64,000 nucleotides of DNA from Oscillospiraceae bacterium (GTDB lineage: Bacteria; Bacillota; Clostridia; Oscillospirales; Ruminococcaceae). Positions 47,169 through 56,929 of the stretch are shown here, one piece after another; position 1 is the stretch's first letter; every line of letters starts with the position of its first letter. The notes beneath the pieces were generated by a model. That model did not search any database, had not been told where the DNA came from, and saw only the letters and a list, made by a program, of their open reading frames with translations. The position numbers and the translations under genes are program-made. The stretch covers positions 2,353 through 66,352 of the forward strand of contig JAVVTQ010000006.1 in the NCBI GenBank assembly GCA_036653595.1, given 5' to 3'.

Positions 47169-48521
47169 ATGACAGACATTATACTCGAAGCGCTAAAGGA
47201 AAAAAGGTTTTCAAAGCTGCGAAGTATTCTCACCGAGGAGAAGCCGGCTGACGTCGCCGCCGCGATTGAGGCGCTGATGGATGATGAGGATATTGCAAAG
47301 GAAGACCTGCTGGTGCTTTACCGAATACTTCCAAAAGAGACGGCTGCCGAGGTCTTTGTCGAGATGAGCGGCGAATATCAGGAAATGCTCATAAAGGGCT
47401 TTTCCGACAAGGAACTGCGCGAAGTAGTCGACGAGATGTTTCTCGACGATACGGTGGACATCATCGAAGAAATGCCTGCGACTGTCGTAAAGCGAATACT
47501 TAAAAATGTGGACTCTACGACGAGAAAAAACATCAATCAGTTGCTCAATTACCCCGATGACAGCGCCGGCAGCATAATGACCATCGAATATGTCGACTTG
47601 AAGACCCACATGACCGTTGCAGACTGCTTTGCCAGAATCAGGAAAATCGGAGTTGACAAGGAGACGATATACACCTGCTATGTCACCGATGAAAACAGAA
47701 AGCTTCTGGGGCTTGTTTCCGTCAAGGATTTGCTGCTTTCCGCTTACGAGGAAAATGTCGGCGAAATCATGGAAGAGAATGTTATAAGCGTGAACACACT
47801 TGACGATCAGGAATATGTCACACAGGTGTTCTCCAAATACAATCTTCTTGCGCTTCCGGTTGTGGACGGCGAGGCAAGGCTGGTGGGAATCATCACGGTT
47901 GATGATGCTCTCGACGTCTTGCAGGATGAGTACACCGAGGACATCGAGAAAATGGCCGCCATAACGCCTACTGACAAGCCATATCTGCGCATGAGCGTGT
48001 TTGAGATATGGAAAGCGAGAATACCCTGGCTGCTTTTGCTCATGATTTCCGCCACATTTACAGGCATGATAATCACGCGCTTCGAAAACGCGCTTGCGGC
48101 ACAGGTGATTCTGACGGCGTTTATCCCGATGCTCATGGACACGGGCGGAAACTCCGGAAGCCAGTCATCCGTCACTGTGATAAGGGGTCTGTCGCTCGGC
48201 GAGATCAAATTCTCCGATATGCTCGCGGTGATTTTCAAAGAGGTGCGCGTCGCGGTGCTGTGCGGAATCACGCTTGCTGTGGCAAACTTTGCAAAGCTCA
48301 TGCTTTTTGATAGAGTCGGATTTTCCGTTGCGCTTGTCGTGTGTCTAACGCTTGTTTTCACCGTGCTGTGCGCAAAGGTTGTCGGATGTATCCTCCCGCT
48401 TCTTTCGGAAAAAATCGGCTTTGACCCGGCCGTCATGTCCGCTCCGTTTATAACGACAATCGTGGATGCGGTTGCGCTTTTCATCTATTTCTCAATTGCC
48501 ACGGCAATATTGCATCTGTAA
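47169..48521 (+). CDS. mgtE: Magnesium transporter MgtE
   Basis: MgtE N-domain, tandem CBS domains and a TM domain carrying LMDTGGNSGSQSS. Confidence 0.93.
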   Translation: MTDIILEALKEKRFSKLRSILTEEKPADVAAAIEALMDDEDIAKEDLLVLYRILPKETAAEVFVEMSGEYQEMLIKGFSDKELREVVDEMFLDDTVDIIEEMPATVVKRILKNVDSTTRKNINQLLNYPDDSAGSIMTIEYVDLKTHMTVADCFARIRKIGVDKETIYTCYVTDENRKLLGLVSVKDLLLSAYEENVGEIMEENVISVNTLDDQEYVTQVFSKYNLLALPVVDGEARLVGIITVDDALDVLQDEYTEDIEKMAAITPTDKPYLRMSVFEIWKARIPWLLLLMISATFTGMIITRFENALAAQVILTAFIPMLMDTGGNSGSQSSVTVIRGLSLGEIKFSDMLAVIFKEVRVAVLCGITLAVANFAKLMLFDRVGFSVALVVCLTLVFTVLCAKVVGCILPLLSEKIGFDPAVMSAPFITTIVDAVALFIYFSIATAILHL

Positions 48522-48526
48522 GCTTC

Positions 48527-48565
48527 AAAAAACGCCCCCGCTGTAGGCAGCGGGGGCGTTTTTGC
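48527..48565. terminator. Bidirectional intrinsic terminator (mgtE / HAD gene)
   Basis: ACGCCCCCGCTG-TAGG-CAGCGGGGGCGT perfect stem, flanked by an A-run and TTTT. Confidence 0.9.
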
Positions 48566-48612
48566 AATGAGGTGTCATTTGGCTAAAAATAACATTGTAA
48601 AGAACTTTAATA

Positions 48613-49260
48613 TCAGTCGATGAACTGCATGACATCCAGCAGACTGTCACAGCAATGGGTGCACAAATCGAGAATTTCGGCGGGCGGCACAACCATGTCC
48701 GGAACGCATATCACGGGGATGTTCGCGGCATGTGCGGCCTTTATTCCGGCAATGCTGTCCTCCAAAACAAGGCACTCCTCAGGCTTTGCCCCAAAGGCCG
48801 CCGCACCCGCCAGAAAGATGTCCGGCGCAGGCTTGCCGTGCTTGACCATGTCGGAGTAGATGCATTTGTCCATGCGCTCAAAAACTCCGATGCACTCCAG
48901 CGAGCGCTTGGTCCAAAGCTCGGTGTTTGAGGTTGTGACAGCTTTTTTTATCCCCTTTTCGTCGAGGAAGTCGAGAAGCTCGACAAGACCCTTTTTTGCC
49001 TCAAGTGCGTCGTTGTCGAGCAGCTCTGTCATTTTTTCAATCCAATAATCGTGGACACCGTCGACATAGGATTCGCCAGGATACTTTTCTCTGAGCTTGC
49101 GGCTTATTCTGGCAACCGTCTGCCCGATATAGGTGACGTATTCCTCGCGCGGCATTATGTGGCCGTGCTGCGCAAAGTAGTCCTGCCAAATTTTGAAGGT
49201 CGGCGCCTCGCTGTCAATCATCAGACCGTCCATGTCGAACAAAACATATTTGATTTTCAA
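48613..49260 (-). CDS. HAD-IA family hydrolase (beta-phosphoglucomutase-like phosphatase)
   Basis: VLFDMDGLMIDSE (motif I), VTTSN, HGKPAPDIF and EDSIAGIKAA. Confidence 0.85.
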   Translation of the reverse strand: MKIKYVLFDMDGLMIDSEAPTFKIWQDYFAQHGHIMPREEYVTYIGQTVARISRKLREKYPGESYVDGVHDYWIEKMTELLDNDALEAKKGLVELLDFLDEKGIKKAVTTSNTELWTKRSLECIGVFERMDKCIYSDMVKHGKPAPDIFLAGAAAFGAKPEECLVLEDSIAGIKAAHAANIPVICVPDMVVPPAEILDLCTHCCDSLLDVMQFID

Positions 49261-49305
49261 TTATACCTCCTGCGGCAGGGGCAAAGGCCCGATACCGCAT
49301 GTGAA

Positions 49306-49959
49306 TTAAATAGCATCCGTGCTTTTGGACTGATCGCCAAGACCGTTTTTTTCTTCAACAGCAGCGAGAATTTTGCTGACGGCTCCGCCGATGACCGTGC
49401 AGGCCGCCGCCTCAACGAGAGCATTTATTCCGGCAAAGGCAACCATAAAGGCGAGCGTCGACGTGGCTCCGAGACTGGCTTTTATACCCAGCATAACATC
49501 AGAGTTGCCAAACAGCAAAAAGAGAAGGCCGATAAAGAAAACGGTGTTCATCAAAGCGGCAAAAAGGCACGTGATCGGATATGACGCATTTTTGAGCCTT
49601 TGAGCCTTCGACAGACCTTTGAAGAGCAAGCCGGTCAGGTATCCCATGAGCATGCGCGGGACAAGACAGACCAGCAGGGTAAAGAGCGGATTGATGGCAA
49701 GTAATGCGACGCCGAGCTCCGAGAAGCCAAAGCACTGCAAAAAGCTTGTCAGTCCAAACACCGTGCCGAGTATGAGGCCTGCACCCGGACCCATAAGAAT
49801 GGCCCCGATGGCGACGGGTATTGCGAGAAAAGATATTTCGATAAGGCCCACGCGCAAGTAGCCGAGAAAAGTAAAGGTCATTATGACGATGAGTGCGGAT
49901 AGCAGGGAGAGCTTGACGATTTTGCGCACTTTGACGCTTTCATTGCGAGATTTTTGCAT
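49306..49959 (-). CDS. ECF transporter S component (substrate unassigned; pantothenate suggested only by adjacency to coaX)
   Basis: 217 aa with six TM segments. VRKIVKLSLLSALIVIM...IPVAIGAILMGPGAG is typical of ECF S components. Confidence 0.7.
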   Translation of the reverse strand: MQKSRNESVKVRKIVKLSLLSALIVIMTFTFLGYLRVGLIEISFLAIPVAIGAILMGPGAGLILGTVFGLTSFLQCFGFSELGVALLAINPLFTLLVCLVPRMLMGYLTGLLFKGLSKAQRLKNASYPITCLFAALMNTVFFIGLLFLLFGNSDVMLGIKASLGATSTLAFMVAFAGINALVEAAACTVIGGAVSKILAAVEEKNGLGDQSKSTDAI

Positions 49960-49978
49960 TAATAGGGTTGTCCTTTCG

Positions 49979-50752
49979 TCAAAATTGATTATTATTTATA
50001 TTGAAAACTTGCAGCAGCCCCTCCATGAGAAGAAGGTCGTCGTTGACTATTTCTGTTTTGCAGTGCGGTGTTATGACCTCTGCAAGACCGCCCGTGGCCA
50101 CGACAAACGGCATACTTCCAAGCTCATCGGCAATCAGCCCACACATGCCGTCCAGCATGGCGGCAGTGCCGAGAACGGCGCCCGATTTCATGGAATCCAC
50201 AGTGTTTTTGCCTATGGGAGATGGCGGTGCTTCGAAAGAAATCCCGACGAGCATGGAGGTGCACGCTATCAGCGCATCCGTTGCGATGCGAACACCGGGC
50301 ATGATGGAACCGCCGAGAAAGTCGCCGTTTTTGGCGAGAACGGAAATGGTGGTGGCGGTGCCCATGTCGATGATTATGGCCGGCAGCGGGTACTTTGCCT
50401 TTACGGCGACGGCCGCGGCTATGAGATCGCTTCCGAGCTGTGACGGGCTGTCGATTTTGATGCACAGGCCTGTGCGAAGCGATTCGGACAAAATCATCGG
50501 TTTGATTTTCACAACCGTGTGTACCGCGCAGCACACGGCATCTGTCAGCTCCGGCACGACTGAGCCGACAATTGCGCCGTCGATTTTTTGAATATTCATG
50601 TCGTGAAGACGCAGAATATTGAGGAATTCCACGGCGTATTGATCCGCGAGACGGCTTCTGTCGGTGGAGATGCGTGAATAAAAGCACAAGCTTGTGCCCT
50701 CATAGCAGCCCAGCACGATGTTTGTATTTCCAATATCGATACAAAGTGTCAT
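49979..50752 (-). CDS. coaX: Type III pantothenate kinase
   Basis: Start at the internal ATG at 50752, after GAGGAGGAG, gives MTLCIDIGNTNIVLG. DMGTATT and VATGGLA are present. The tracked ORF has a 42-codon spurious extension. Confidence 0.9.
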   Translation of the reverse strand: MTLCIDIGNTNIVLGCYEGTSLCFYSRISTDRSRLADQYAVEFLNILRLHDMNIQKIDGAIVGSVVPELTDAVCCAVHTVVKIKPMILSESLRTGLCIKIDSPSQLGSDLIAAAVAVKAKYPLPAIIIDMGTATTISVLAKNGDFLGGSIMPGVRIATDALIACTSMLVGISFEAPPSPIGKNTVDSMKSGAVLGTAAMLDGMCGLIADELGSMPFVVATGGLAEVITPHCKTEIVNDDLLLMEGLLQVFNINNNQF

Positions 50753-50762
50753 GTCTCCTCCT

Positions 50763-51257
50763 CTAGTAGCCGAGAATGTCGGCGAGCGAATCGTCATTCG
50801 CAACCCACTCGGACTCGACATCAACGACAGTGTACTCATTTTTCGTATTGCGAATGATGACGGTCTTGATGCCCGCATTGATAATCATGCGCTTGCACAT
50901 CGCGCAGGAGCTGGCATTTTCAACATATTCGCCATTTGACATTTCAAAGCCCACCAAATAAAGCGTGGCGCCAATCGTGTCGCGGCGCGCCGCACTGATA
51001 ATTGCGTTTGCCTCAGCGTGGACACTCCGACATATTTCGTAGCGCTCTCCGCGGGGAATATTGAGCTGCTGACGGCGGCAAACACCCAAATCGGAACAAT
51101 TTTTGCGGCCTCGCGGTGCTCCTGTATAGCCCGTTGAAACAATCTCGTCATTCTTGACCAGAATTGCGCCGAAATTGCGGCGCAAACACGTGCCGCGTTG
51201 GCTGACTGTCTCGGCAATATCAAGATAGTAATTTATTTTATCACGTCTTTGCTGCAT
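50763..51257 (-). CDS. dCMP deaminase (ComEB family)
   Basis: Start at the internal ATG at 51257 (MQQRRDKINYYLDIAETVSQRGTCLRR). Zn motifs HAEANAI and CAMCKRMIINAGI are present. Confidence 0.85.
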   Translation of the reverse strand: MQQRRDKINYYLDIAETVSQRGTCLRRNFGAILVKNDEIVSTGYTGAPRGRKNCSDLGVCRRQQLNIPRGERYEICRSVHAEANAIISAARRDTIGATLYLVGFEMSNGEYVENASSCAMCKRMIINAGIKTVIIRNTKNEYTVVDVESEWVANDDSLADILGY

Positions 51258-51460
51258 GTTTTCCCTTTCCGCCTTCCGGCTGGCAAGCTTGCGCCAAACG
51301 GCGCAGAGCACGGAAATACTTCCCGCATAATAATAATGTATTTTTAATAATAATTCAACACATTCCATTCTGGCTATGATATACTGATAGACATAAAATC
51401 CGCGTCGCAAAAACCACTATTGTGAGCGGAAATGCTTAAAAAGCGAGGAGAAAAAACCAT

Positions 51461-51880
51461 ATGATTAGCAAAGAACAACTTATTGAGGCTGCTTGGGAAG
51501 CGCGAAAAGAATCCTACAGCCCATATTCGCACTACATGGTTGGCGCGGCAGTTCTCGGGACGGACGGCAAAATCTACAAAGGTACAAACATAGAAAACGC
51601 GAGTTTCGGCGCCACGGTGTGCGCGGAGAGAACGGCTATTTTCGGCATGATTAACGGCGGCTGCCGCAAATTTGCCGCTCTGGCCGTTGTCGGCGGGACA
51701 AACGGAGGAAACTATCCGTGCTGCCTTTGCCGTCAGGTCATGACAGAGTTTTGCGACTCGCTCAATGTTGCGGTATATTCAAGCGGTCCCGACAAGATAA
51801 TCTATGAGGCGACGCTGAGCGAAATTGTGCCAAGCCCGTTTATGTCATTTGTGCCAAACGACGATTATTTTGCGAAATAG
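51461..51880 (+). CDS. cdd: Cytidine deaminase
   Basis: SYSPYS...VGAAV, CAERTAIF and the YPCCLCRQVM Zn ligand motifs. Confidence 0.9.
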   Translation: MISKEQLIEAAWEARKESYSPYSHYMVGAAVLGTDGKIYKGTNIENASFGATVCAERTAIFGMINGGCRKFAALAVVGGTNGGNYPCCLCRQVMTEFCDSLNVAVYSSGPDKIIYEATLSEIVPSPFMSFVPNDDYFAK

Positions 51881-51887
51881 CGGCGCG

Positions 51888-52703
51888 ATGGAGAAATCAA
51901 GCAACATCAATGTCCGGGCGAAAAAATCGCTCGGACAAAATTTTCTGATAAATCAGGGCGTGTGCGAAAAAATAGCTGCTCTTTGTCCCATGGGCTTCGG
52001 TGTGCTGGAGATAGGCCCGGGACTCGGCGCGCTTACAACACGCCTTGCTTCGCGTGCAAAAAAGGTGGTTGCCGTCGAGCTTGATGCGGATATCATTCCC
52101 CTGCTGAGACAAAAAACAGAAGCGCTGGACAATGTCTCGATAATTGAGGGCGACATACTGAAGGTGCCACTCGCCGAAATTATCGCCAACGAATTTGACG
52201 GCATGAGGGTGGCGGTTTTCGGCAATCTTCCATATTATATTACAAGTCCTGTGATAATGCGCGTGCTCGAGGAGAGACTCCCTGTCGAGTTCATGGTTGC
52301 GATGGTGCAAAAGGAAGCGGGACAGCGGTTCTGTGCCGCCGAGGCCAGCCGTGCCGTCGGTGCGGTGACGCTTGCAATTCGCTATTTCTGCGAGCCGGCT
52401 GTGCTCTTTGACGTGTCTCCCGGCAGCTTTTCCCCGGCGCCAAAGGTGACGAGCAGCGTCATCAGACTCGATGTGGTAAAGGAGACGCGCGTTAAACCCA
52501 AAAACGAAAAAAACATGTTTTCATGCATAAAAGCCGCATTCTCGCAGCGCAGAAAAACCGCTGCCAACGCCATCAGCTCCGGGCTAGGAATATCAAAGGA
52601 GCTTGTCTCAAAGGCGCTCTGCGAGGTGGGCGCACAGGCGGCGTCTCGCCCTGAAAACCTGACGCTGGCGCAATATGCAGAGCTGTCAGACAGGCTGTGC
52701 TGA
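51888..52703 (+). CDS. rsmA: 16S rRNA (adenine1518/1519-N6)-dimethyltransferase
   Basis: Start at the ATG at 51888. KKSLGQNFL, VLEIGPGLGALT, FGNLPYYITSP. Confidence 0.92.
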   Translation: MEKSSNINVRAKKSLGQNFLINQGVCEKIAALCPMGFGVLEIGPGLGALTTRLASRAKKVVAVELDADIIPLLRQKTEALDNVSIIEGDILKVPLAEIIANEFDGMRVAVFGNLPYYITSPVIMRVLEERLPVEFMVAMVQKEAGQRFCAAEASRAVGAVTLAIRYFCEPAVLFDVSPGSFSPAPKVTSSVIRLDVVKETRVKPKNEKNMFSCIKAAFSQRRKTAANAISSGLGISKELVSKALCEVGAQAASRPENLTLAQYAELSDRLC

Positions 52704-52857
52704 AAAATCTTCGGTGTTTTTGCTGCAAAAAGGGACATATTGGCTTTATCGGCATATTTAACAAGCCGAGTTGCGACAAAAAAATTCCACAAGTTGGATA
52801 AATTTTCGCATTGGGAAATAATGCACAGAGAATTTAAGCGATTTTTGTATAAATATG

Positions 52858-52886
52858 TTGCAAAAGCTTCGGCATTTATGTAAAAT
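52858..52886 (+). promoter_or_regulatory. Candidate promoter of the PucR-like regulator
   Basis: TTGCAA, a 17-nt spacer, then TAAAAT. Confidence 0.5.
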
Positions 52887-52972
52887 GAATATATTAAGCA
52901 GGGTTTGGACGCTAAAAATTTATTAGTAAAAATGACGAAGAAAACATGTTTTCTAAAAAAGGGGAACAAAAA

Positions 52973-54055
52973 ATGTCAAACAGACTTTATCAGGGTATAG
53001 TCCAGCAAATGAAGGACGCCATAGGACGGGTAGTGGGGGTTGTCGACGAAAACGCGACGGTCATCGCCAGCAGCGACTTGTCCTCAATCGGCAGCGTGCG
53101 CTCCATAATACTGGAGGCACCCATCAGCGACGGCATTTCAAAGGTAGACGGCTTCACCTATTACTATATGGGTCAGAGAAAGCACGGCGACGTCGCGGTT
53201 TTTATCGAGGGACTCGACGAGCAGGCATGGAGATATGCCGCTATGGTGGCAGTGTCACTGTGCAACATCAAGCAATATTATGATGAAAAATTCGACAAGG
53301 TAAATTTTATAAAAAATGTCGTGCTGGAAAATGTGCTGCCCGGAGATATATATGCAAAGGCGCGCGAGCTTCATTTTGCGGCCGACGCCATGCGCGTCGT
53401 TTTGCTTGTCAGAGTTGTGTCGGGAACTGAAATTTCGGTGCTCGACATCATTTCGGAGCTTTTTCCGGACAAGCAAAAGGATTTTGTGTTCAACATCAGC
53501 GAGGTTGACACCGTCATCGTCAAGGAAGTCAAGCCGAATATTGATTTGCATGCCATAGAGAATCTGGCGAAGTCGATTGTCGACATACTTGAGAGTGAGC
53601 ACTACATCAAGGCAGTGTCGGGAATTGGCACGACGGTCATCGGCATAAAGGAGCTTGCCACGTCGTTTAAGGAGGCTCAGGTTGCGCTGGAGGTAGGAAA
53701 GGTGTTTGACACGGAGCATTCCGTGATAACATATGACAATCTGGGAATAGCCAGGCTCATATACCAGCTTCCCACAACGCTCTGCGACCAATTCCTAAAG
53801 GAGGTCTTTAAAAAAGGCTCCATCGAATCGCTTGACCAGGAGACGCTGTTCACAATCCAGCGCTTCTTTGAGAATAATCTGAACGTGTCCGAGACTTCGC
53901 GCGGTCTGTTTGTTCACAGAAATACTCTCGTGTACCGCTTGGAGAAAATCAAAAAGCTGACGGGGCTTGATTTGCGCGAGTTTGACCATGCCATAGTGTT
54001 CAAGGTGGCGCTGATGGTGCGCAAATATCTCGACAGCAATCCGCTAAAGTATTAA
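52973..54055 (+). CDS. PucR/CdaR-family transcriptional regulator
   Basis: C-terminal PucR-type HTH (NLNVSETSRGLFVHRNTLVYRLEKIKKLTGLD). The N-terminal sensing region is CdaR-like. The ATG at 52973 follows AAAGGGGAA. Confidence 0.8.
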   Translation: MSNRLYQGIVQQMKDAIGRVVGVVDENATVIASSDLSSIGSVRSIILEAPISDGISKVDGFTYYYMGQRKHGDVAVFIEGLDEQAWRYAAMVAVSLCNIKQYYDEKFDKVNFIKNVVLENVLPGDIYAKARELHFAADAMRVVLLVRVVSGTEISVLDIISELFPDKQKDFVFNISEVDTVIVKEVKPNIDLHAIENLAKSIVDILESEHYIKAVSGIGTTVIGIKELATSFKEAQVALEVGKVFDTEHSVITYDNLGIARLIYQLPTTLCDQFLKEVFKKGSIESLDQETLFTIQRFFENNLNVSETSRGLFVHRNTLVYRLEKIKKLTGLDLREFDHAIVFKVALMVRKYLDSNPLKY

Positions 54056-54143
54056 TTTGCCAGCAACAGAAGCGGATATTGACGACACAGTCATTGTAGA
54101 AAGTGTGTTATCTTTTTTTGCAGGGTTAATTAGGAGCAAATAT

Positions 54144-54821
54144 ATGATTGAATTTAAAGGTGTGTCAAAGGTTTATCCGAATGGGACCGCGGCGCTCGAT
54201 GATATTGATTTATTCATCAACAAGGGCGAGTTTGTTTTTGTTTTGGGGCATTCGGGTGCGGGAAAAAGCACCCTCATCAAGACAATGCTGCGAGAGGAGC
54301 TTCCTACAAAGGGCACGGTCATCGTCGGAGATTATGATCTTGTAAAAATGAAGAACAAGCAGGTGCCGTTTTTGCGGCGCAATCTCGGAGTTGTGTTTCA
54401 GGATTTTCGCCTTATTCCCACGATGACGGCGTATGAAAACGTCGCCTTTGCAATGAGGGTCACGAATATTCCGCCAAAGGAAATCAGAAAAAGGGTGCCG
54501 TACATACTTCATCTGGTGGGGCTGACGCACAAAGCAAAGGTCTTTCCGACGGAGCTTTCCGGCGGCGAACAGCAGCGCGTTGCACTTGCAAGGGCGCTTG
54601 TTCACAATCCCCCGATAATCATCGCGGACGAGCCGACGGGCAATATCGATCCGGAGCTGAGCTTTGAGATTATGGAGCTGCTCATGGAGATAAACGAACT
54701 GGGAACGACGGTGGTGGTCGTCACGCATGAACAGGAAATGGTGAAAAGCTTTCATCGCAGGACAATTATGATAGACAAGGGCAAGATTGTCTTTGACACG
54801 CAAAAGGCGGTGAAGCAATGA
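54144..54821 (+). CDS. ftsE: Cell division ATP-binding protein FtsE
   Basis: Start at the ATG at 54144 (MIEFKGVSKVY). Walker A GHSGAGKST, signature LSGGEQQR and Walker B IIIADEPTGNID. Confidence 0.92.
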   Translation: MIEFKGVSKVYPNGTAALDDIDLFINKGEFVFVLGHSGAGKSTLIKTMLREELPTKGTVIVGDYDLVKMKNKQVPFLRRNLGVVFQDFRLIPTMTAYENVAFAMRVTNIPPKEIRKRVPYILHLVGLTHKAKVFPTELSGGEQQRVALARALVHNPPIIIADEPTGNIDPELSFEIMELLMEINELGTTVVVVTHEQEMVKSFHRRTIMIDKGKIVFDTQKAVKQ

Positions 54822-55723
54822 ACTCGGGAAGTTTTCGCTATTTAGTAAAACAGGGAATAATGAATACCTGGCTAAACCGAATGATGTCGGTGGCCTCTAT
54901 TGGAATTTTGACCGCCTGCCTCATAATTATCGGCGGTGCGGCGCTCATATCCTTCAATCTGCGCGGCGTGTTTATCTCAATTGAACAGCAAAGCGAAATG
55001 GCCGTGTTTATCCTCGACGACTCGACTCAAGAGCAAATAAAGCAGCTCGGAGATAAAATAAACGGTGTAGAGCATGTCATCGAGAGCAAATTTGTCTCAA
55101 AGAAGCAGGCGCTCGAGGAGGAGAAAAAACGCCTCGGCGACGACGGAGGCCTTTTTGAAGGTCTTGAAAATGACAACCCATATCCCGCTTCATACAGGGT
55201 TAAACTCGACGATCTCTCGCATCTGGAAGCGGTGCAAAAGCAGGTTGAGGGGTTTGCCGGGGTGGACTCGGTTTCATCGCTCACACAGCTTGCGGACACT
55301 ATGTCGGCCCTTGAAAAGACCCTTATAATCCTGGGCGCGATAATAATAGGTATTTTGATAATATCTTCAATCGTCGTCATATCCAATACGATAAAGCTGA
55401 CGGTTTTTGCGAGACGGCGTGAGATTAATATAATGAAATATGTCGGTGCGACAAACGCATTTATACGAATGCCATTTGTGGTCGAGGGCATAACCATCGG
55501 AGTCGTATCTGCGCTTCTGGCGTTTTTTATACTCTTTGCGATTTACGGAAGCCTCTCGCAGATGGTCACGCTGTCCTCCATAAAATGGCTCAGCTCAATG
55601 TCGGGAAATCTCATTCCGTTTAGCAGGATGTGGTACTGGCTGGTGGGTGGATTTTTGCTCAGTGGTCTGACGATTGGCGCTTTCGGAAGCTCAAATGCTA
55701 TACGCCGTCATCTTAAAGTCTGA
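54818..55723 (+). CDS. ftsX: Cell division permease-like protein FtsX
   Basis: FRYLVKQGIMN.W.NRMMS N-terminus, an extracellular loop domain, and the conserved REINIMKYVGAT. The ATGA overlaps ftsE. Confidence 0.92.
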   Translation: MNSGSFRYLVKQGIMNTWLNRMMSVASIGILTACLIIIGGAALISFNLRGVFISIEQQSEMAVFILDDSTQEQIKQLGDKINGVEHVIESKFVSKKQALEEEKKRLGDDGGLFEGLENDNPYPASYRVKLDDLSHLEAVQKQVEGFAGVDSVSSLTQLADTMSALEKTLIILGAIIIGILIISSIVVISNTIKLTVFARRREINIMKYVGATNAFIRMPFVVEGITIGVVSALLAFFILFAIYGSLSQMVTLSSIKWLSSMSGNLIPFSRMWYWLVGGFLLSGLTIGAFGSSNAIRRHLKV

Positions 55724-55753
55724 TAAATATCTGCCAAAGGAGGCAAACTAATC

Positions 55754-56902
55754 ATGTGGAAGAAGTTATTGTCAGTGCTTGTACTCGTGGCCATACTTGT
55801 TGCCGGAATACCCGGAATTTCGCAAAATGTCGGCGCGCTGACACTGGAAGAGGCCACGGCGGAAAGAGAGAGGCTGCAGCAGCAGCTCATTGAAATCAAC
55901 AACAAGCTTGCAAAAATAAAGGATACGGTAAAAAAAGCCGAGGAAAAGACAGCAACCTTCGCAGACAGAAAGGCGATAGTTGAAAACCAGATAAATCTTC
56001 TCAAGGAGTCAATTGACCTAAAGGAGGAGGAGCTTCAAATTAAACAGGCGCAGCTCGACCAAAAGGTGCGCGACACCGAAGAGACATATGAGCTGTTTAA
56101 AAAGCGCCTGCGCGCTATGTACATGAATAAGGACGCGTCAATTCTGACCGCTGTGCTGGGTGCAAATTCCTTTTCGGACTTCCTTGTTGCAGCGGAGAAT
56201 CTGCGCAGGGTTTCCGAGCACGACACGGAGCTGATAGCGAGACTTAAAAAAGAACAGGAAGAGATAAGGGCTGCTAGAGAACTCGTGCAGCAGGAGCTTG
56301 ATTCACTGCAAGTTGACCGAGACGAGCTGGAATCCAAGTACAACGAGCTGGCCGCGCTTTACCGCGAGGCCAACAACGAGCTTTCAAGCGCCGAAGCTCT
56401 TGAAAATGTCACACAGGGTGACTATGACGCCATACTCGCTGATTTTGACATAGTGAACAAAGAGTGGAATGCGCTGATGGGCACAGGTATGCCTGAATAT
56501 GTCGGCGGCTACTATGCATGGCCCGTCCCGGGATTCAACTGGATATCTTCTCCGTATGGGCCGCGGACGCTCTACGGAAAGCCCAATTTTCATTCGGGAA
56601 TTGATATTGCAGGTGCGGGCATTTTCGGAAAGCCGGTAATAGCGTCGAACCAAGGCGAGGTTGTGCGCGTGAGGTACGACACCACGGGTTATGGCTATCA
56701 TGTTATGATTGACCACGGAGGCAACAACTGGACAGTCTACGGACATCTCAGCAGCATAGCCGTCACTCAGGGTCAATGGGTGTCGCAAGGTCAGACAATC
56801 GGTTTTGTCGGAAGCACAGGCAACTCCACAGGACCTCACCTCCACTTTGAAATTAGGCTCAACGGTGTTAAGGTTGATCCGCTGGGACAGCTTACACGCT
56901 AG
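55754..56902 (+). CDS. Coiled-coil M23 peptidoglycan hydrolase (EnvC/PcsB-like FtsEX partner)
   Basis: A signal/anchor is followed by a coiled coil of about 230 aa and then an M23 domain. The metal ligands appear intact (HSGIDIA, MIDHGG, HLHFEIR). Confidence 0.85.
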   Translation: MWKKLLSVLVLVAILVAGIPGISQNVGALTLEEATAERERLQQQLIEINNKLAKIKDTVKKAEEKTATFADRKAIVENQINLLKESIDLKEEELQIKQAQLDQKVRDTEETYELFKKRLRAMYMNKDASILTAVLGANSFSDFLVAAENLRRVSEHDTELIARLKKEQEEIRAARELVQQELDSLQVDRDELESKYNELAALYREANNELSSAEALENVTQGDYDAILADFDIVNKEWNALMGTGMPEYVGGYYAWPVPGFNWISSPYGPRTLYGKPNFHSGIDIAGAGIFGKPVIASNQGEVVRVRYDTTGYGYHVMIDHGGNNWTVYGHLSSIAVTQGQWVSQGQTIGFVGSTGNSTGPHLHFEIRLNGVKVDPLGQLTR

Positions 56903-56929
56903 AGTAGTCGGTTTAATTAGGAGTATAAA

